In this document: piece after piece, positions 24,122 through 33,911 of the stretch
How the letters are laid out: each line of letters starts with the position of its first letter
How positions within the stretch are numbered: the stretch's first letter is position 1
NCBI GenBank assembly: GCA_043819795.1
Contig: JBDREN010000178.1
Location: 1 to 33,911 of the forward strand
Length of the DNA stretch: 33,911 nucleotides
Reading direction: 5' to 3'
Origin: Elusimicrobiota bacterium
Lineage (GTDB): Bacteria > Elusimicrobiota > Elusimicrobia > UBA1565
The notes under the pieces: model-generated
Told to the model about the DNA's origin: nothing
Database searches by the model: none
Seen by the model: the letters and a program-made list of their open reading frames with translations, nothing else
Position numbers and translations under genes: made by a program

Positions 24122-25416
24122 GAAGGACCACCCGGCTGGGGGATCTCGAAAGCGAACTCGGCCCAGCGTCCCTTTTCCGACTCCGCCCAGATCCGGCCCC
24201 CGTGAAGGTGGATGATACGCCAGCAGTTGTAAAGCCCGAGCCCCGTGCCCTTCTGCTTCCTCAGCTCCGGCGATTCGAGCCTCGAGAACTTCCGGAACAG
24301 GGACTTTTTCTCCTCGGCGGAGAAGCCCGGCCCCTCGTTCCATACCGAGACGGTCAACCTCCCTCCGCCCAGGCCCGCCTTGAGCTTGATCCGGCCGCCC
24401 TCGGTCCCGTACTTGGCCGCGTTGCCCAGCAGGTTCGACACGACCACGGCGAGCAGCTCGACGTCGCACTCGACCTTGTCCGCCTCCCGCGGAAGGTCCC
24501 TGTCGAGGCTCATCCCCCTGGCCTCGATAAGCGTCCCCGCGGAGATCTCGGCCGCTTTCATGAGCGCTCCAAGGCCGATCTTCCTCGCTTTGATCTTGAG
24601 CCCGCTCCCCTCGATGCGGGCGAGGTCCAGATAGTCGCGCACGAGGTCGAGCAAATGCTTGCCCTTGCCCGTGATCGATCCGACCAGCTCCGCCTGCTTG
24701 GGATTCATCGCGCCGAACCCGCCCTGCCCGAGCATGTCGGCCTGCATGATGATCGCGGCGATGGGGCTCTTGAGCTCGTGGGCGACGAAGCCCAGCATCT
24801 CGGTGTAGGCATCGTTCGCGGCGGTGAGCTCCCCTATCCGGTAGGCCTTCTCCACCGCCTGGCCGAGCCTCTCGGCCACGGCCTGATGCAGGCGCACCTC
24901 GCGCTCCCCATAGGAGTCGGGCTCGCGCGAGCTGCGGAAGAAGAGCCCCGCGTTGCGCCCGTCCACCGAGAGGGGGCAGGTCAGGCTCGAGCGCACGCCT
25001 TCGTCCAGAAGCAGCCGCGTCGAGGCGCTGTTTGGATGTTCGTCGTAGTAGGCCTCTAGGTCGCTGATGATGCGCAGCTGGCCGGTGGCAATGATCTTCT
25101 CCAGCGAGCTTCCCCGGAGGTCCTCGAAATACCCCACGCCCAGGACCAGGGGCTCATAGGCGGCCCTGGCCGTGTGCGCGACGACCCGCCGGCCGTTCTC
25201 CTCGACAAAAGCGAGCGCCAGCCTGTCGCAGGGATAGATGTCCCGGGTCGAATCGAACACGAACCCCAGCAGCCGGTCGAGCGACTCCGCCGCCGCCACC
25301 TTTTTGTTCAGGGTATCCAGGACCGCGCTTTCCTTCTCGGAGAACCCCCGCGGGGGGGCCGCCCCCTCCGGGGCCGGGGCGAAGAACCGGATGATCGCGT
25401 CTTTCTTTGAAGGCAT
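24118..25416 (-). CDS. GAF-domain sensor histidine kinase
   Basis: GAF (EGVRSSLTCPL); H-box AHELKSP; NLLGNAAKY; NEGPG; GTGLGL. Confidence 0.92.
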   Translation of the reverse strand: MPSKKDAIIRFFAPAPEGAAPPRGFSEKESAVLDTLNKKVAAAESLDRLLGFVFDSTRDIYPCDRLALAFVEENGRRVVAHTARAAYEPLVLGVGYFEDLRGSSLEKIIATGQLRIISDLEAYYDEHPNSASTRLLLDEGVRSSLTCPLSVDGRNAGLFFRSSREPDSYGEREVRLHQAVAERLGQAVEKAYRIGELTAANDAYTEMLGFVAHELKSPIAAIIMQADMLGQGGFGAMNPKQAELVGSITGKGKHLLDLVRDYLDLARIEGSGLKIKARKIGLGALMKAAEISAGTLIEARGMSLDRDLPREADKVECDVELLAVVVSNLLGNAAKYGTEGGRIKLKAGLGGGRLTVSVWNEGPGFSAEEKKSLFRKFSRLESPELRKQKGTGLGLYNCWRIIHLHGGRIWAESEKGRWAEFAFEIPQPGGPS

Positions 25417-25668
25417 CCTATGCTTGAGCGCCGGATCCCTTTCGAACGGGCCGACGGCCCTCCGCCGGGAATCCAGCGGCCTATCCGTAGGATATTCCCT
25501 TATGCCGCGATATTATGTCAAGCGCGAAAGAAGCGCCGCAGGGAAGACCTCCGTGCGCGAAGAAGGGCCGGGGTCTTTCGGAAAAGCAGAGGCGGGGCGC
25601 GATGCGAGCATCCGCGCCGCGCCCCATACGACCCCCGGACATTCAGACAATCCCGCGGGGGAACTCGA

Positions 25669-26037
25669 TCAGCACGTACCTCCCACGAGGCTCAGACGGT
25701 CTTCGGGGACGGACCGCAGCGGCAGGCCGGCGCCTCTCCAGCCCCTCACGCCCGTCTCATAGTCGCGGACGTCCGTGAAGCCCGCCTGGTCGAGCTTCCC
25801 CGCGGCCGTGGACGACGCGGTGCACTCCCTGCAGGCGCAATACACCACCACCGTCCGGCTCTTGTCCGGCACGATCTCCTCGATGCGGCGGACGAAGTCG
25901 TCCTCGGTGACGGGCACATTGCGCGACCCGGGGATGTGCTCTTTCCGGTAGTATTCCTCCGGGAGCACGTTCACGAGCGTGAAGTCCGCTCCGTTCTCCC
26001 GCATGATCTTAAGCTCTCTTGTCGTCAGAATCCGCAT
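25669..26037 (-). CDS. Rhodanese-like domain protein, 122 aa
   Basis: LVNVLP...HIPGS, VVVYCACRECTAS, GF.DVRDY..G..GW; AAGGAGG RBS before ATG 26037. Confidence 0.9.
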   Translation of the reverse strand: MRILTTRELKIMRENGADFTLVNVLPEEYYRKEHIPGSRNVPVTEDDFVRRIEEIVPDKSRTVVVYCACRECTASSTAAGKLDQAGFTDVRDYETGVRGWRGAGLPLRSVPEDRLSLVGGTC

Positions 26038-26344
26038 CGGGGGACCTCCTTGGCCCGACTCCCCGGAACCTCCTCCACCTGCCCGATGGGCGGAAGAATC
26101 CGGGGAGTCGCGCCCAGCCATAGGCTAGCCGAACACGGTGAACTCCGCTTGAATCCGGCCTTACATCGCCATGAATCCTCCGGACCGCATGCGCCGGCAG
26201 GATGGCCGTTTTGTCGCATCCACTGGAGATGGAGAGGGCGCGCCGCCTCTCGCCGGGGGAGGCCTTCCCGATGTGCTAGGCTATGCGCGAAACGGGCCTG
26301 CCCGGCCACGGGCGGCCTCGGGACCGGCGCTTGGGGTATCGAAT

Positions 26345-27721
26345 ATGGCCATCGTGACCACCGCGGAAAAAGCCGTCAACTCGACCGTCATCCCCCCCGG
26401 CAGCAGGATCTACAGCTCCGGCAACGCGGCCACGCCGCAGGTGCTGCTCAACCAGCTGGCCGCGGACGGATCGATCCGCGACGTGGACCTCTACGGCGTG
26501 CTGTTTCTGGGCAAAGACGAGATCATGTCGCGGGTTTTCAGCAGGAAGGTCTGCGAGAGGGTAACGTTCCGGATCATCTTCACCAGCGCGTACACCCGCG
26601 AAGCCGTGAACGCGGGCTGGGCCAAATACCAGCTTTGGCATCTCGCGGAGATCCCCCGCCACCTCAGGAGGCACATCAGGCCCGACGTCGTGTTCCTGCA
26701 GGTCAGCGGGCCAGACAACGGGGGCAACTACAGCCTGGGTACCACGGTCGAGGGCGTCCTGGCCGCGGTCCAAACGGCGAAGGAAAGCGGCGGGACCGTC
26801 ATAGCCGAGAGGAACAGGCGGATGCCTTTCGTGCTCGGCACCGCCATCCCCGAGGAGTACATCGACTACATCGTCGACACGGACTACGACCTGCCCGTGA
26901 CGCCCGTCTCTCCGATCGATGAGAAGAGCCGGCGGATCGGAGAGATCATCACCAACCTCTACATCGAGGACGGCTCCACGCTGCAGTTCGGCATCGGCGG
27001 CGTGCCGGAGGCGGTCGCGGACGCCGTCATCAAGAAAGGCGTCAAGGACCTGGGCGTCATGACCGAGCTCTTCGCCGACGCCATGAGGAAGCTCGTCCAA
27101 AAGGGCATCGTGACCAACAAGAAGAACCGGCGCAAGGGCGACGCCTTCTCGATCTCGTCGATCTTCCTGGCCGACTCGCGCGAGGGCTACGACTGGCTGC
27201 ATTTCAACAGCTCGGTGCAGAGCCGCCCCAGCAACTACACCAACAGCATCCTGACCATCGCCCAGCAGCCCAAGATGGTGGCCATCAACAGCGCCATCGG
27301 CGTGGACCTTCACGGCAATATCTGGGCCGACTCGCTGAAGGCCCGCAGGGTCTACAGCGGCGTGGGCGGCCAGAGCGACTTCATCCGGGGCTGCCTGTAT
27401 TCCGAGGGAGGCGTGCCCGTCATCGCGCTCAAGTCCACGACCCAGAGCGGCACGTCCAAGATCGTGGACATGTGCCCCGAAGGGATCACAACCACGGGGA
27501 TCGCCGCGGACCAGGTGGTCCTGGTCACCGAGAACGGGGCTTTCTCCCCCTTCGGGCTGAGCATGGGCGAGAAGGCCGTGGGGATCGCGTATCTCGCGGC
27601 GCCGGAAGCCCGCGAGAAGCTCCTGCGGCGCATCTACAAGAGCCCCTTCTTCCACGACCCGAAGGGCTCTTTCGTCGACGGCTACCCCAAGGGGTTCACC
27701 CCTTACGAGAAGGCCGTCTAG
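26345..27721 (+). CDS. Acetyl-CoA hydrolase/transferase family protein (4-hydroxybutyrate CoA-transferase-like)
   Basis: DGSTLQFGIGGVP, DLGVMTE, AINSAI.VDL.G, YSGVGGQSDF.RG, VTENG; probable start MAIVTT at 26345. Confidence 0.9.
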   Translation: MAIVTTAEKAVNSTVIPPGSRIYSSGNAATPQVLLNQLAADGSIRDVDLYGVLFLGKDEIMSRVFSRKVCERVTFRIIFTSAYTREAVNAGWAKYQLWHLAEIPRHLRRHIRPDVVFLQVSGPDNGGNYSLGTTVEGVLAAVQTAKESGGTVIAERNRRMPFVLGTAIPEEYIDYIVDTDYDLPVTPVSPIDEKSRRIGEIITNLYIEDGSTLQFGIGGVPEAVADAVIKKGVKDLGVMTELFADAMRKLVQKGIVTNKKNRRKGDAFSISSIFLADSREGYDWLHFNSSVQSRPSNYTNSILTIAQQPKMVAINSAIGVDLHGNIWADSLKARRVYSGVGGQSDFIRGCLYSEGGVPVIALKSTTQSGTSKIVDMCPEGITTTGIAADQVVLVTENGAFSPFGLSMGEKAVGIAYLAAPEAREKLLRRIYKSPFFHDPKGSFVDGYPKGFTPYEKAV

Positions 27722-27944
27722 GGCTCCGCTCCTGCGATGCCCGCGGAGTCTCTCCCGGCGAGACGTTCTCGGCTGACAAGAAAATAACATGTTTGCGGTA
27801 TAAGGTTTATTTCTACAGGCTTGTCAGCCGGTTGTCCTTGATTAGTCGGCGATTCCCGGCTATACAATAGGTAGGGAACACGCAGCCCGGGATAGAGGAC
27901 GGGTAATGCCGAGCGGCAGATACCGCAAGCAAGAGGGAAAAAAG

Positions 27945-29102
27945 ATGAAAAGAGGTATTGAAAGGGCTCAGGCTTTGGAAAGAGTCGTATACGGTCTGGT
28001 GGCCGCGGCTTTGTTCGCGGCGGCCATGACTTTCTCCACGGAAGCGCGGGCCGTCGAGCTGCCCGTCGATGCGCACACCGCCGCCCTCTGGCATTTCGAC
28101 GAGGGCTCCGGCATCACCTTGTTCGACGCGACAGGCAACGGCCACGATGGGATCCTTCATGGAGCGACGTGGGCGGACGGCAAGTTCGGTGAAGGGCTGC
28201 AGTTTGATGGTATCGACGATTATGTCGATATCGCGAGCGTAGCCCCCGACTGGGACCAGGAGCATGGCACCTTTGAGATGTGGGTCCTGTCCAACGTCGA
28301 CATTTCTCAACAGCCCGGCTCTTTCACGGCGGGTCTTCTGGACAGTGGTGGATGGGCTCAGTGGCAAATCAAGTTCCCCGGATTCTGGCCGGACACTCAA
28401 TGGCTCTTGTTCAATATCGGCAGTCTTGGGGGAGTAGGCGGAAAACCCATTTCTTCGCCAGGCAACTGGAAGGCGAACGAGTGGCACTACATCGCCTTTA
28501 CTTGGGACACACAAAGGGACCCGCAAGTGCAGATCATCATAGACGGCGTGGTCGAGGCCTCATACAACGGCTACAGCTATGCCTATGATCCCAAGAAAAC
28601 CTTCACCCGACTGGGCACGGCCTACCGTTCCACTTGGTGGAACGGCGTGATCGACGAAGTCCGCCTCTCCAACGCGGCGAGGACGGTGAACGAAATACAC
28701 GCTCATTGGGAAGCCAACCGCATGCAGGAGCCGGTGGCGGTCGCCAGGCCCAGCCTTGACCCTGAGGATAATCTTGTCCTGGACGGCGGCAGCTCCTTCG
28801 ACCCGGACGGCGAGATCGTCTCCTTTGAATGGTCCCTGGTCAATCAGGATCCTGAAGGCGGTGATTTCAACCTGTCCGGCGAACTGGCGGCCACGGATAC
28901 CGTGGACATCGGAGCCTACGACTTGACCCTGACCGTAACCGACAACGACGGCCTTACGGGCACCGACACAGTGCCTCTCGCCGTGCCTCGGACGATCCAG
29001 AACATCTCCACGACCATCCAGGAGCCGGGCGACCAGGGAGCGGTCATGCGGGAGGTCATCCGCGAGATCATCAATCCGCCCGGGCGGCAAGGGAAACCGT
29101 AG
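27945..29102 (+). CDS. Secreted LamG-like jellyroll plus PKD-domain protein
   Basis: Signal peptide ending ARA; ALWHFDEGSG..DATGNG, FDGIDDYV, WHYIAFTWD, GVIDEVRLSN; PKD-like LDGGSSFDPDGEIVSFEW...LTVTDNDG. Confidence 0.85.
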   Translation: MKRGIERAQALERVVYGLVAAALFAAAMTFSTEARAVELPVDAHTAALWHFDEGSGITLFDATGNGHDGILHGATWADGKFGEGLQFDGIDDYVDIASVAPDWDQEHGTFEMWVLSNVDISQQPGSFTAGLLDSGGWAQWQIKFPGFWPDTQWLLFNIGSLGGVGGKPISSPGNWKANEWHYIAFTWDTQRDPQVQIIIDGVVEASYNGYSYAYDPKKTFTRLGTAYRSTWWNGVIDEVRLSNAARTVNEIHAHWEANRMQEPVAVARPSLDPEDNLVLDGGSSFDPDGEIVSFEWSLVNQDPEGGDFNLSGELAATDTVDIGAYDLTLTVTDNDGLTGTDTVPLAVPRTIQNISTTIQEPGDQGAVMREVIREIINPPGRQGKP

Positions 29103-29171
29103 GACGATACTCGCTCCACGAAGAGAACGCGAACGCGCCGCTTGCCGGCGTACGACGCCGGGGCTGCCGCT

Positions 29172-29840
29172 TTATTGCGGGAATACCGAGAGCAGGACGC
29201 GCGCCTCGTCGAGGAAGGTCCACATGTCGCCCGGCTCGACCCTGCGGTCCGCCCTGTAGCACGCGAGCCAGCCGCCTCCCCCCTCCACGCACCAGCCGGG
29301 ATATATCTCGAAGTGCTGCAGGACGCTCGGGCCATACAGACCCCGGACGGCTTGCGCGTCCGGGCCGCGCAGAAGGTAGCTCTTCGAGAAGCCCGAATTG
29401 GACTCGAAGTCGATGTCCTGGTAGCCGAATGCCGAGCCGATCTTGTGAAAGAAACGCTCCGGCCGCATCTCGAAGTGAGGAAGCTCCCGCTTGTCGTTGT
29501 GGAAGGCGGCCACGGTCGCGCGATGGGTCGATCGGTTCTTCCCGCCGCCCGTCGTATACGAGTAGTCGAACAGCAGCGTGTCCGTGCCGTGCGCCTTGCC
29601 CCGCATGACGTTTCTGGACCGCTTGCTGTGCCCCAGATTGAAGAGCTGAAGCCGCCCGATCCCCTCGCTGATGAGAGAGGGATCTTCGGGGAGGAAGTCC
29701 AGGCCCGTCTCTTTGGCCAGCCGGGACAAGGCTTCCCGGCGCTGCTTTCCCCTATAGCGAAACCACAAGAATACGGCGCCGGCAAACGCTGCGGCGCCGG
29801 CAAAGATCGCCAAAGGCATCAACTCCGCGTATTGTCCCAT
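29172..29840 (-). CDS. Hypothetical single-pass membrane protein
   Basis: N-terminal TM helix, then a globular-looking domain (LFDYSYTTGGGK, DIDFES...FSKSY); start uncertain. Confidence 0.75.
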   Translation of the reverse strand: MGQYAELMPLAIFAGAAAFAGAVFLWFRYRGKQRREALSRLAKETGLDFLPEDPSLISEGIGRLQLFNLGHSKRSRNVMRGKAHGTDTLLFDYSYTTGGGKNRSTHRATVAAFHNDKRELPHFEMRPERFFHKIGSAFGYQDIDFESNSGFSKSYLLRGPDAQAVRGLYGPSVLQHFEIYPGWCVEGGGGWLACYRADRRVEPGDMWTFLDEARVLLSVFPQ

Positions 29841-30001
29841 GACCGCGCTCCTATCGGCGGTGATGATAGCTGATTGCGCGCGGAGCGGCAACGTTCCGCG
29901 GGATATGCGGCGCGGCCCCGTATCGAAAAAGCAGGGCGCGGAATACGGTCCCCGCGCCCGGCCTTGGCCGCCTCAGGAGCCGACTGGCGACTCCAGCGGC
30001 G

Positions 30002-33000
30002 TTATTTCTTCTTCGTCGCCTGCCTGTCGGGCTGCGCGCTTATCCCGGTCCACTGCTGCATGAGGCCCGGCGAGCAGCCCTTCTTCAGATGGCCCTCTCC
30101 CGCTCCCAGGCCCGCCACGATCTGAGCGCAGGTGCAGCCCCTGGTCGCGGCCATGTCGTAGACCAGGCTCTGGGCGTTGTCCGGCCCCACCTCGAAAGCC
30201 CCGTAGCTCCCGTTCTGCCCGTATTGGTTCGGGTTCAGCGCCATGCCGTCGAGCGCCGAATCCGGACACTCGTCGGTCTCACCCTCGAAGTCCTCGAACA
30301 CGCCGTCGCCGTCGGGGTCCGCGGGAGCGGATACCGCGAAGTTGCTGAAGTGGGTGACCTGCACGGTCAGCGTGTTCGCGGCCGTGTCCAGGTCGGCTTC
30401 CAGAGCCTCCCACAACTGCATCCCCGGGATACGCCAATACACGTCCAGCTTCGACTCCTGCCTCGGGTTGCTGAGCAGCGACTCGTCGTAGCGGAACACG
30501 AGCGTCACCGGCTGGTTGAACGTCGCGCCTTCGGGCAGGATCTCATAGTCCAAGAGGGCGAGCGCCTCCCCCTTGTTCGTGGCGACACGGAAGTTGCCCT
30601 CCCCGCTCATCGCCGTCACCGTAGTCGGCTCCGAAACAGCCCCCGGGTCTAGAGTAACCGTCAGGCTATCAGTGTCCACCGTCCCGCCGCCGGAGTCCAC
30701 GACGCCGCTGTCGTCCACGTCGTCCCCGTTAAGTATCCCGTCACCGTCGATGTCGGGGTCGCAGGCGTCCCCGAGGCCGTCCGCGTCGAAGTCCGCCTGG
30801 TCCGGATTGGCGAGCAGCGGACAGTTGTCGGGGCCGTCATCCATCCCATCGTTGTCGTCATCCGCGTCCATGCAATCCGCCTGGCCGTCAGCGTCCGTGT
30901 CCGCGAAGCCTTCGTCCACCGAGCCGTCGCAGTCGTTGTCCAGCCCGTCGCAGACCTCCGTCGCGGGCGCGCCGGCCGCGCACGTGTCGGCCTGCTGGCC
31001 CTCCTGACAGGACATCACTCCCTCGGCGAAGCACTCCCCGATGCCACAACTCGTCGCGGGAGGCGCATAGGCGTCGTCAGGCGTCCCGTCGCAGTTCTCA
31101 TCCGACCCGTTGCAGTCATCATCCGCGCCGGTGGGCTGCCCGGCCGCGCACGTGTCCTGCGTCTGGCCCGCCACGCAGATCAGCTCGCCTCCCGCCGAGC
31201 ACACGCCCTGCCCGCAGCTCGTCGCCGTCGGGACATAGGCGTCATCGGCCACACCATTGCAGTTCTGGTCCACGCTGTCGCAGTCGTTGTCCTGGCCGGT
31301 GGGTGCGCCGGGGTTGCAGCTGTCGGCCAGGCTGCCGTTCACGCACATCAGCTGGCCCGTTGCCGAGCACACGCCCTGACCGCAACTCGTCGCGCTGGGA
31401 ACATAGCCGTCATCGGCGGCGCCATCGCAGTTCTGGTCCACCCCGTCGCAGTCGTCATCGGCCCCGGTCGGCGCGCCCGGGCTGCAGTCATCGGCCAGCC
31501 CGCCGTTCACGCACATCAGCTGGCCCGCCGCCCCGCATACGCCCTGACCGCAGCTCGTCGCCGTCGGGACATAGCCGTCGTCAGCAACACCGTCGCAGTC
31601 CTGGTCGATCCCGTCGCAGTCGTCGTCCGCCCCGGTGGGCGCCCCGGGGCTGCAACTGTCGTTCAGGCTGCCGTTCTCGCACAGCATCTGGCCCTGCGCC
31701 GCGCACACGCCCTGGCCGCAGTTCGTCCCGGTCGGTACGTAGCCGTCGTCCGCCGTGCCGTCGCAGTCCTGGTCCACACCGTCGCATTCGTCGTCCTGAC
31801 CGGTGGGCGCCCCGGGGTTGCAGTTGTCGGCCAGGCTGCCGTTCACGCACATCAGCTGGCCCTGCGCCGCGCACACGCCCTTGCCGCAGTTCGTTGCCGT
31901 CGGCACATAGCCGTCATCGGCCGCGCCGTCGCAGTTCTGGTCGATGCCGTCGCATTCGTCGTCCTGGCCCGTGGGCGCCCCGGGGATGCAGCTGTCGCTC
32001 AGGCCGCCGTTCTCGCACAGCATCAGGCCCTGCGCCGCGCACACGCCCTGGCCGCAGCTCGTCGCCGTCGGCGCGTAGCCGTCATCGGCCGCGCCGTCGC
32101 AGTCCTGGTCGATCCCGTCGCAGCCGCTGTCGTCGGCGCCCGGGTGCACGGCGGCGTCGCCGTCGTCGCAGTCCGTGGGACCGCAGTCTCCGCCCTGCTG
32201 AGCGAACCCGTCGCCGTCATCATCGTCGCACGCGGCGCCCGCTCCGCAATAAGGGGCGCCGTTCGTCCCGTTGGCGTAATGCTGTTGGATCTCCGCCACG
32301 CTCAACGCCCGGTCGTAGATCACCGCCTCGTCGATCACGCCCTTGAAGTACTGGTTGAGCGATCCCCGGTAGGTGCTGTACGACCTCCCCAGGTACGCCG
32401 GCGAGTCGCTCGTCGGCACCGAGAACGTGCGCGCGTCCTCCAGATTACCGTTCAGATAGATCGCCCCGTTCACCCCGTCGAACACCGCCACCGCGTGATA
32501 CCACACCCCCGTCTGCAGGTCCGTGACACCCCGCATGTTCTGCCCGTCGGTCCACAGGAAGAGCCGCGTGGTGGGATAGGTGTACTTCTGCGTGGACAGG
32601 ATGAACTCCCCATCCCATATGTTCCCCAGGCTCACCACCGGCCCCTGGTCCACGGGCAGCTGGTCCAGCTTGAACCAAGCCTCGATCGTACGCGCCGCCA
32701 GGCCCGTCATCCCCAGACCCGAAACCGTCCCCAGCTGGACATAGTCGTCCACCCCGTCGAACCGGAGCGCGCCCCCGACCCGGCCCTCCGTCCAAACCGC
32801 CCCGCTGACGGCCCCGTCGTGGGATCCGACCGAGTCGATCGCGGAGGAGCCTGATCCGCTGTCCAGCTTCCAGTAGGAGACCGGCGCCGGGTCGCAGTCC
32901 AGGACCTCCCGCGCGCAGAAGGAGGAGCAGCCGTCCCCGTCCGTCGTGTTCCCGTCGTCGCACTCCTCCCCGGACTGCAGCAGCCCGTCACCGCACGCCG

Positions 33001-33911
33001 GCCCCCCCGGCTCGTCGCAGTAGCCCCGGCCGGTCGCGCCGTTCTGGTAGTGCTGCTGGATATCCTCAAGCGCCAGGGCCCTGTCGTAGACCGCGACCTC
33101 GTCGATCACCCCGTTGAAATACTCCGGGGAGTTCGGATCATGCCCTATGCCCACGGGGTTGTCGAACGTGTAAGACGGCGAGCTGTCCGAATAGCTCTCC
33201 ATCCGCCCGTCGAGATACAGCGTGGTCCTGGCGCCCTCCCGCACGACGACCCCGTGGTGCCACTGGCCCTCCCCCACGGGCGTCGTGCCGAACACGTACG
33301 GGTGCACGCCGCCATGCGAAGCGAAGATCGTGTCGGTCGGCGCGTAGATCCCGAACACCCAGGCCCCGTAGCTGTGCCCGATCAAGGTGGGGTACCCGCT
33401 GCCCTGCCCCGTCCGTTTGAACCACACCTCCAGCGTGAACGGGCCGCTCAGCCGCAGGTTCGCCGGATTGCCGATAAGGACGCCGTCGTCCACCCCGTCG
33501 AACGCCAGGGCCCCGCCCACACGGCCCTCCGTCCAAACCGCCCCGCTGATCGTCCCGTCGTTGGAGCCGACCGAGTCGACCGCGGAGGAGCCCGATCCGC
33601 TGTCCAGCTTCCAGTAGGCGACCGGGGTGATGTAGCAGCCCAGACCCTCCCGGCTGCAGGAGGACGAGCAGCCGTCCCCGTCCGCCGTGTTGCCGTCGTC
33701 GCACGCCTCCCCGAGATCCAGCAGTCCGTCGCCGCACGCCGGAGCCGCCGGGTCGGGATACGGATCGTGGCTGAGCCCGCTCTGATAGTGCTGGAGGATC
33801 TCCTCGGCGCTCAACGTCCGGTGCCAGACAGCCACCTCGTCGATCGAGCCCGTCAGATACTCCCCCGGGGCGTAGGGGCTTCGCTGCCCTATGGCCACGT
33901 CCTTGCCCCCG
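30002..33911 (-). CDS. Large Cys/Asp-rich surface protein (5' partial): LamG modules, CGDG..CDDGN disulfide repeats, MopE-like repeats, TSP3-like repeats, ZU5-like domain
   Basis: Frame is open to the window edge. Motifs YWKLD..GVIDE, CGDG..E.CDDGN..DGDGCSS.C, CDG.D.DCDG, DNCP..ANPDQAD.D.DG.GDACD, PEGATF..PVTL..THFS. Confidence 0.9.
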   Translation of the reverse strand, partial: GGKDVAIGQRSPYAPGEYLTGSIDEVAVWHRTLSAEEILQHYQSGLSHDPYPDPAAPACGDGLLDLGEACDDGNTADGDGCSSSCSREGLGCYITPVAYWKLDSGSGSSAVDSVGSNDGTISGAVWTEGRVGGALAFDGVDDGVLIGNPANLRLSGPFTLEVWFKRTGQGSGYPTLIGHSYGAWVFGIYAPTDTIFASHGGVHPYVFGTTPVGEGQWHHGVVVREGARTTLYLDGRMESYSDSSPSYTFDNPVGIGHDPNSPEYFNGVIDEVAVYDRALALEDIQQHYQNGATGRGYCDEPGGPACGDGLLQSGEECDDGNTTDGDGCSSFCAREVLDCDPAPVSYWKLDSGSGSSAIDSVGSHDGAVSGAVWTEGRVGGALRFDGVDDYVQLGTVSGLGMTGLAARTIEAWFKLDQLPVDQGPVVSLGNIWDGEFILSTQKYTYPTTRLFLWTDGQNMRGVTDLQTGVWYHAVAVFDGVNGAIYLNGNLEDARTFSVPTSDSPAYLGRSYSTYRGSLNQYFKGVIDEAVIYDRALSVAEIQQHYANGTNGAPYCGAGAACDDDDGDGFAQQGGDCGPTDCDDGDAAVHPGADDSGCDGIDQDCDGAADDGYAPTATSCGQGVCAAQGLMLCENGGLSDSCIPGAPTGQDDECDGIDQNCDGAADDGYVPTATNCGKGVCAAQGQLMCVNGSLADNCNPGAPTGQDDECDGVDQDCDGTADDGYVPTGTNCGQGVCAAQGQMLCENGSLNDSCSPGAPTGADDDCDGIDQDCDGVADDGYVPTATSCGQGVCGAAGQLMCVNGGLADDCSPGAPTGADDDCDGVDQNCDGAADDGYVPSATSCGQGVCSATGQLMCVNGSLADSCNPGAPTGQDNDCDSVDQNCNGVADDAYVPTATSCGQGVCSAGGELICVAGQTQDTCAAGQPTGADDDCNGSDENCDGTPDDAYAPPATSCGIGECFAEGVMSCQEGQQADTCAAGAPATEVCDGLDNDCDGSVDEGFADTDADGQADCMDADDDNDGMDDGPDNCPLLANPDQADFDADGLGDACDPDIDGDGILNGDDVDDSGVVDSGGGTVDTDSLTVTLDPGAVSEPTTVTAMSGEGNFRVATNKGEALALLDYEILPEGATFNQPVTLVFRYDESLLSNPRQESKLDVYWRIPGMQLWEALEADLDTAANTLTVQVTHFSNFAVSAPADPDGDGVFEDFEGETDECPDSALDGMALNPNQYGQNGSYGAFEVGPDNAQSLVYDMAATRGCTCAQIVAGLGAGEGHLKKGCSPGLMQQWTGISAQPDRQATKKK
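30953..32122 (-). repeat. Seven tandem coding repeats of about 168 bp (56 aa)
   Basis: Unit CDG[IV]DQ[DN][48 protein letters not shown]; the last two copies are more diverged. Confidence 0.92.

Noticed and set aside
32240..33741. Diversity-generating retroelement template and variable repeat in the LamG duplicates
   Set aside because: No reverse transcriptase in the window; both copies are in-frame modules of one gene, and differences are not confined to adenines.

Overview
High-GC bacterial window, about 30 genes; taxon cannot be fixed from sequence alone. The main result is a translationally coupled minus-strand operon (13255-18739) that looks like an undescribed RiPP-type pathway. It encodes a long-chain polyprenyl diphosphate synthase, a stand-alone PqqD/RRE protein, three paralogous radical SAM enzymes with Cys-depleted SPASM-like tails, a MenA/UbiA prenyltransferase, and a 38-aa candidate precursor peptide absent from the ORF track (14253-14369, MNDKKTAANVTVEKLVWETPLLEEVTERVMAQPYIRFT). 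The inferred product is a peptide-derived, polyprenylated membrane molecule, possibly a PQQ/mycofactocin-like cofactor. Other notable items: four promoters sharing a triple TTGAR array with 11-bp period at a fixed distance from a -10 box, three copies of a 59-nt structured intergenic repeat, two long inverted repeats around a DUF296 gene, and a sodium:solute symporter fused to a glycoside-hydrolase-like domain. The rest is an IS4-family right end, two-component signalling genes, glgP, pilT, an SDR, a GT2, a rhodanese, a CoA-transferase and two LamG surface proteins. All family calls come from motif recognition by eye; no searches were run.
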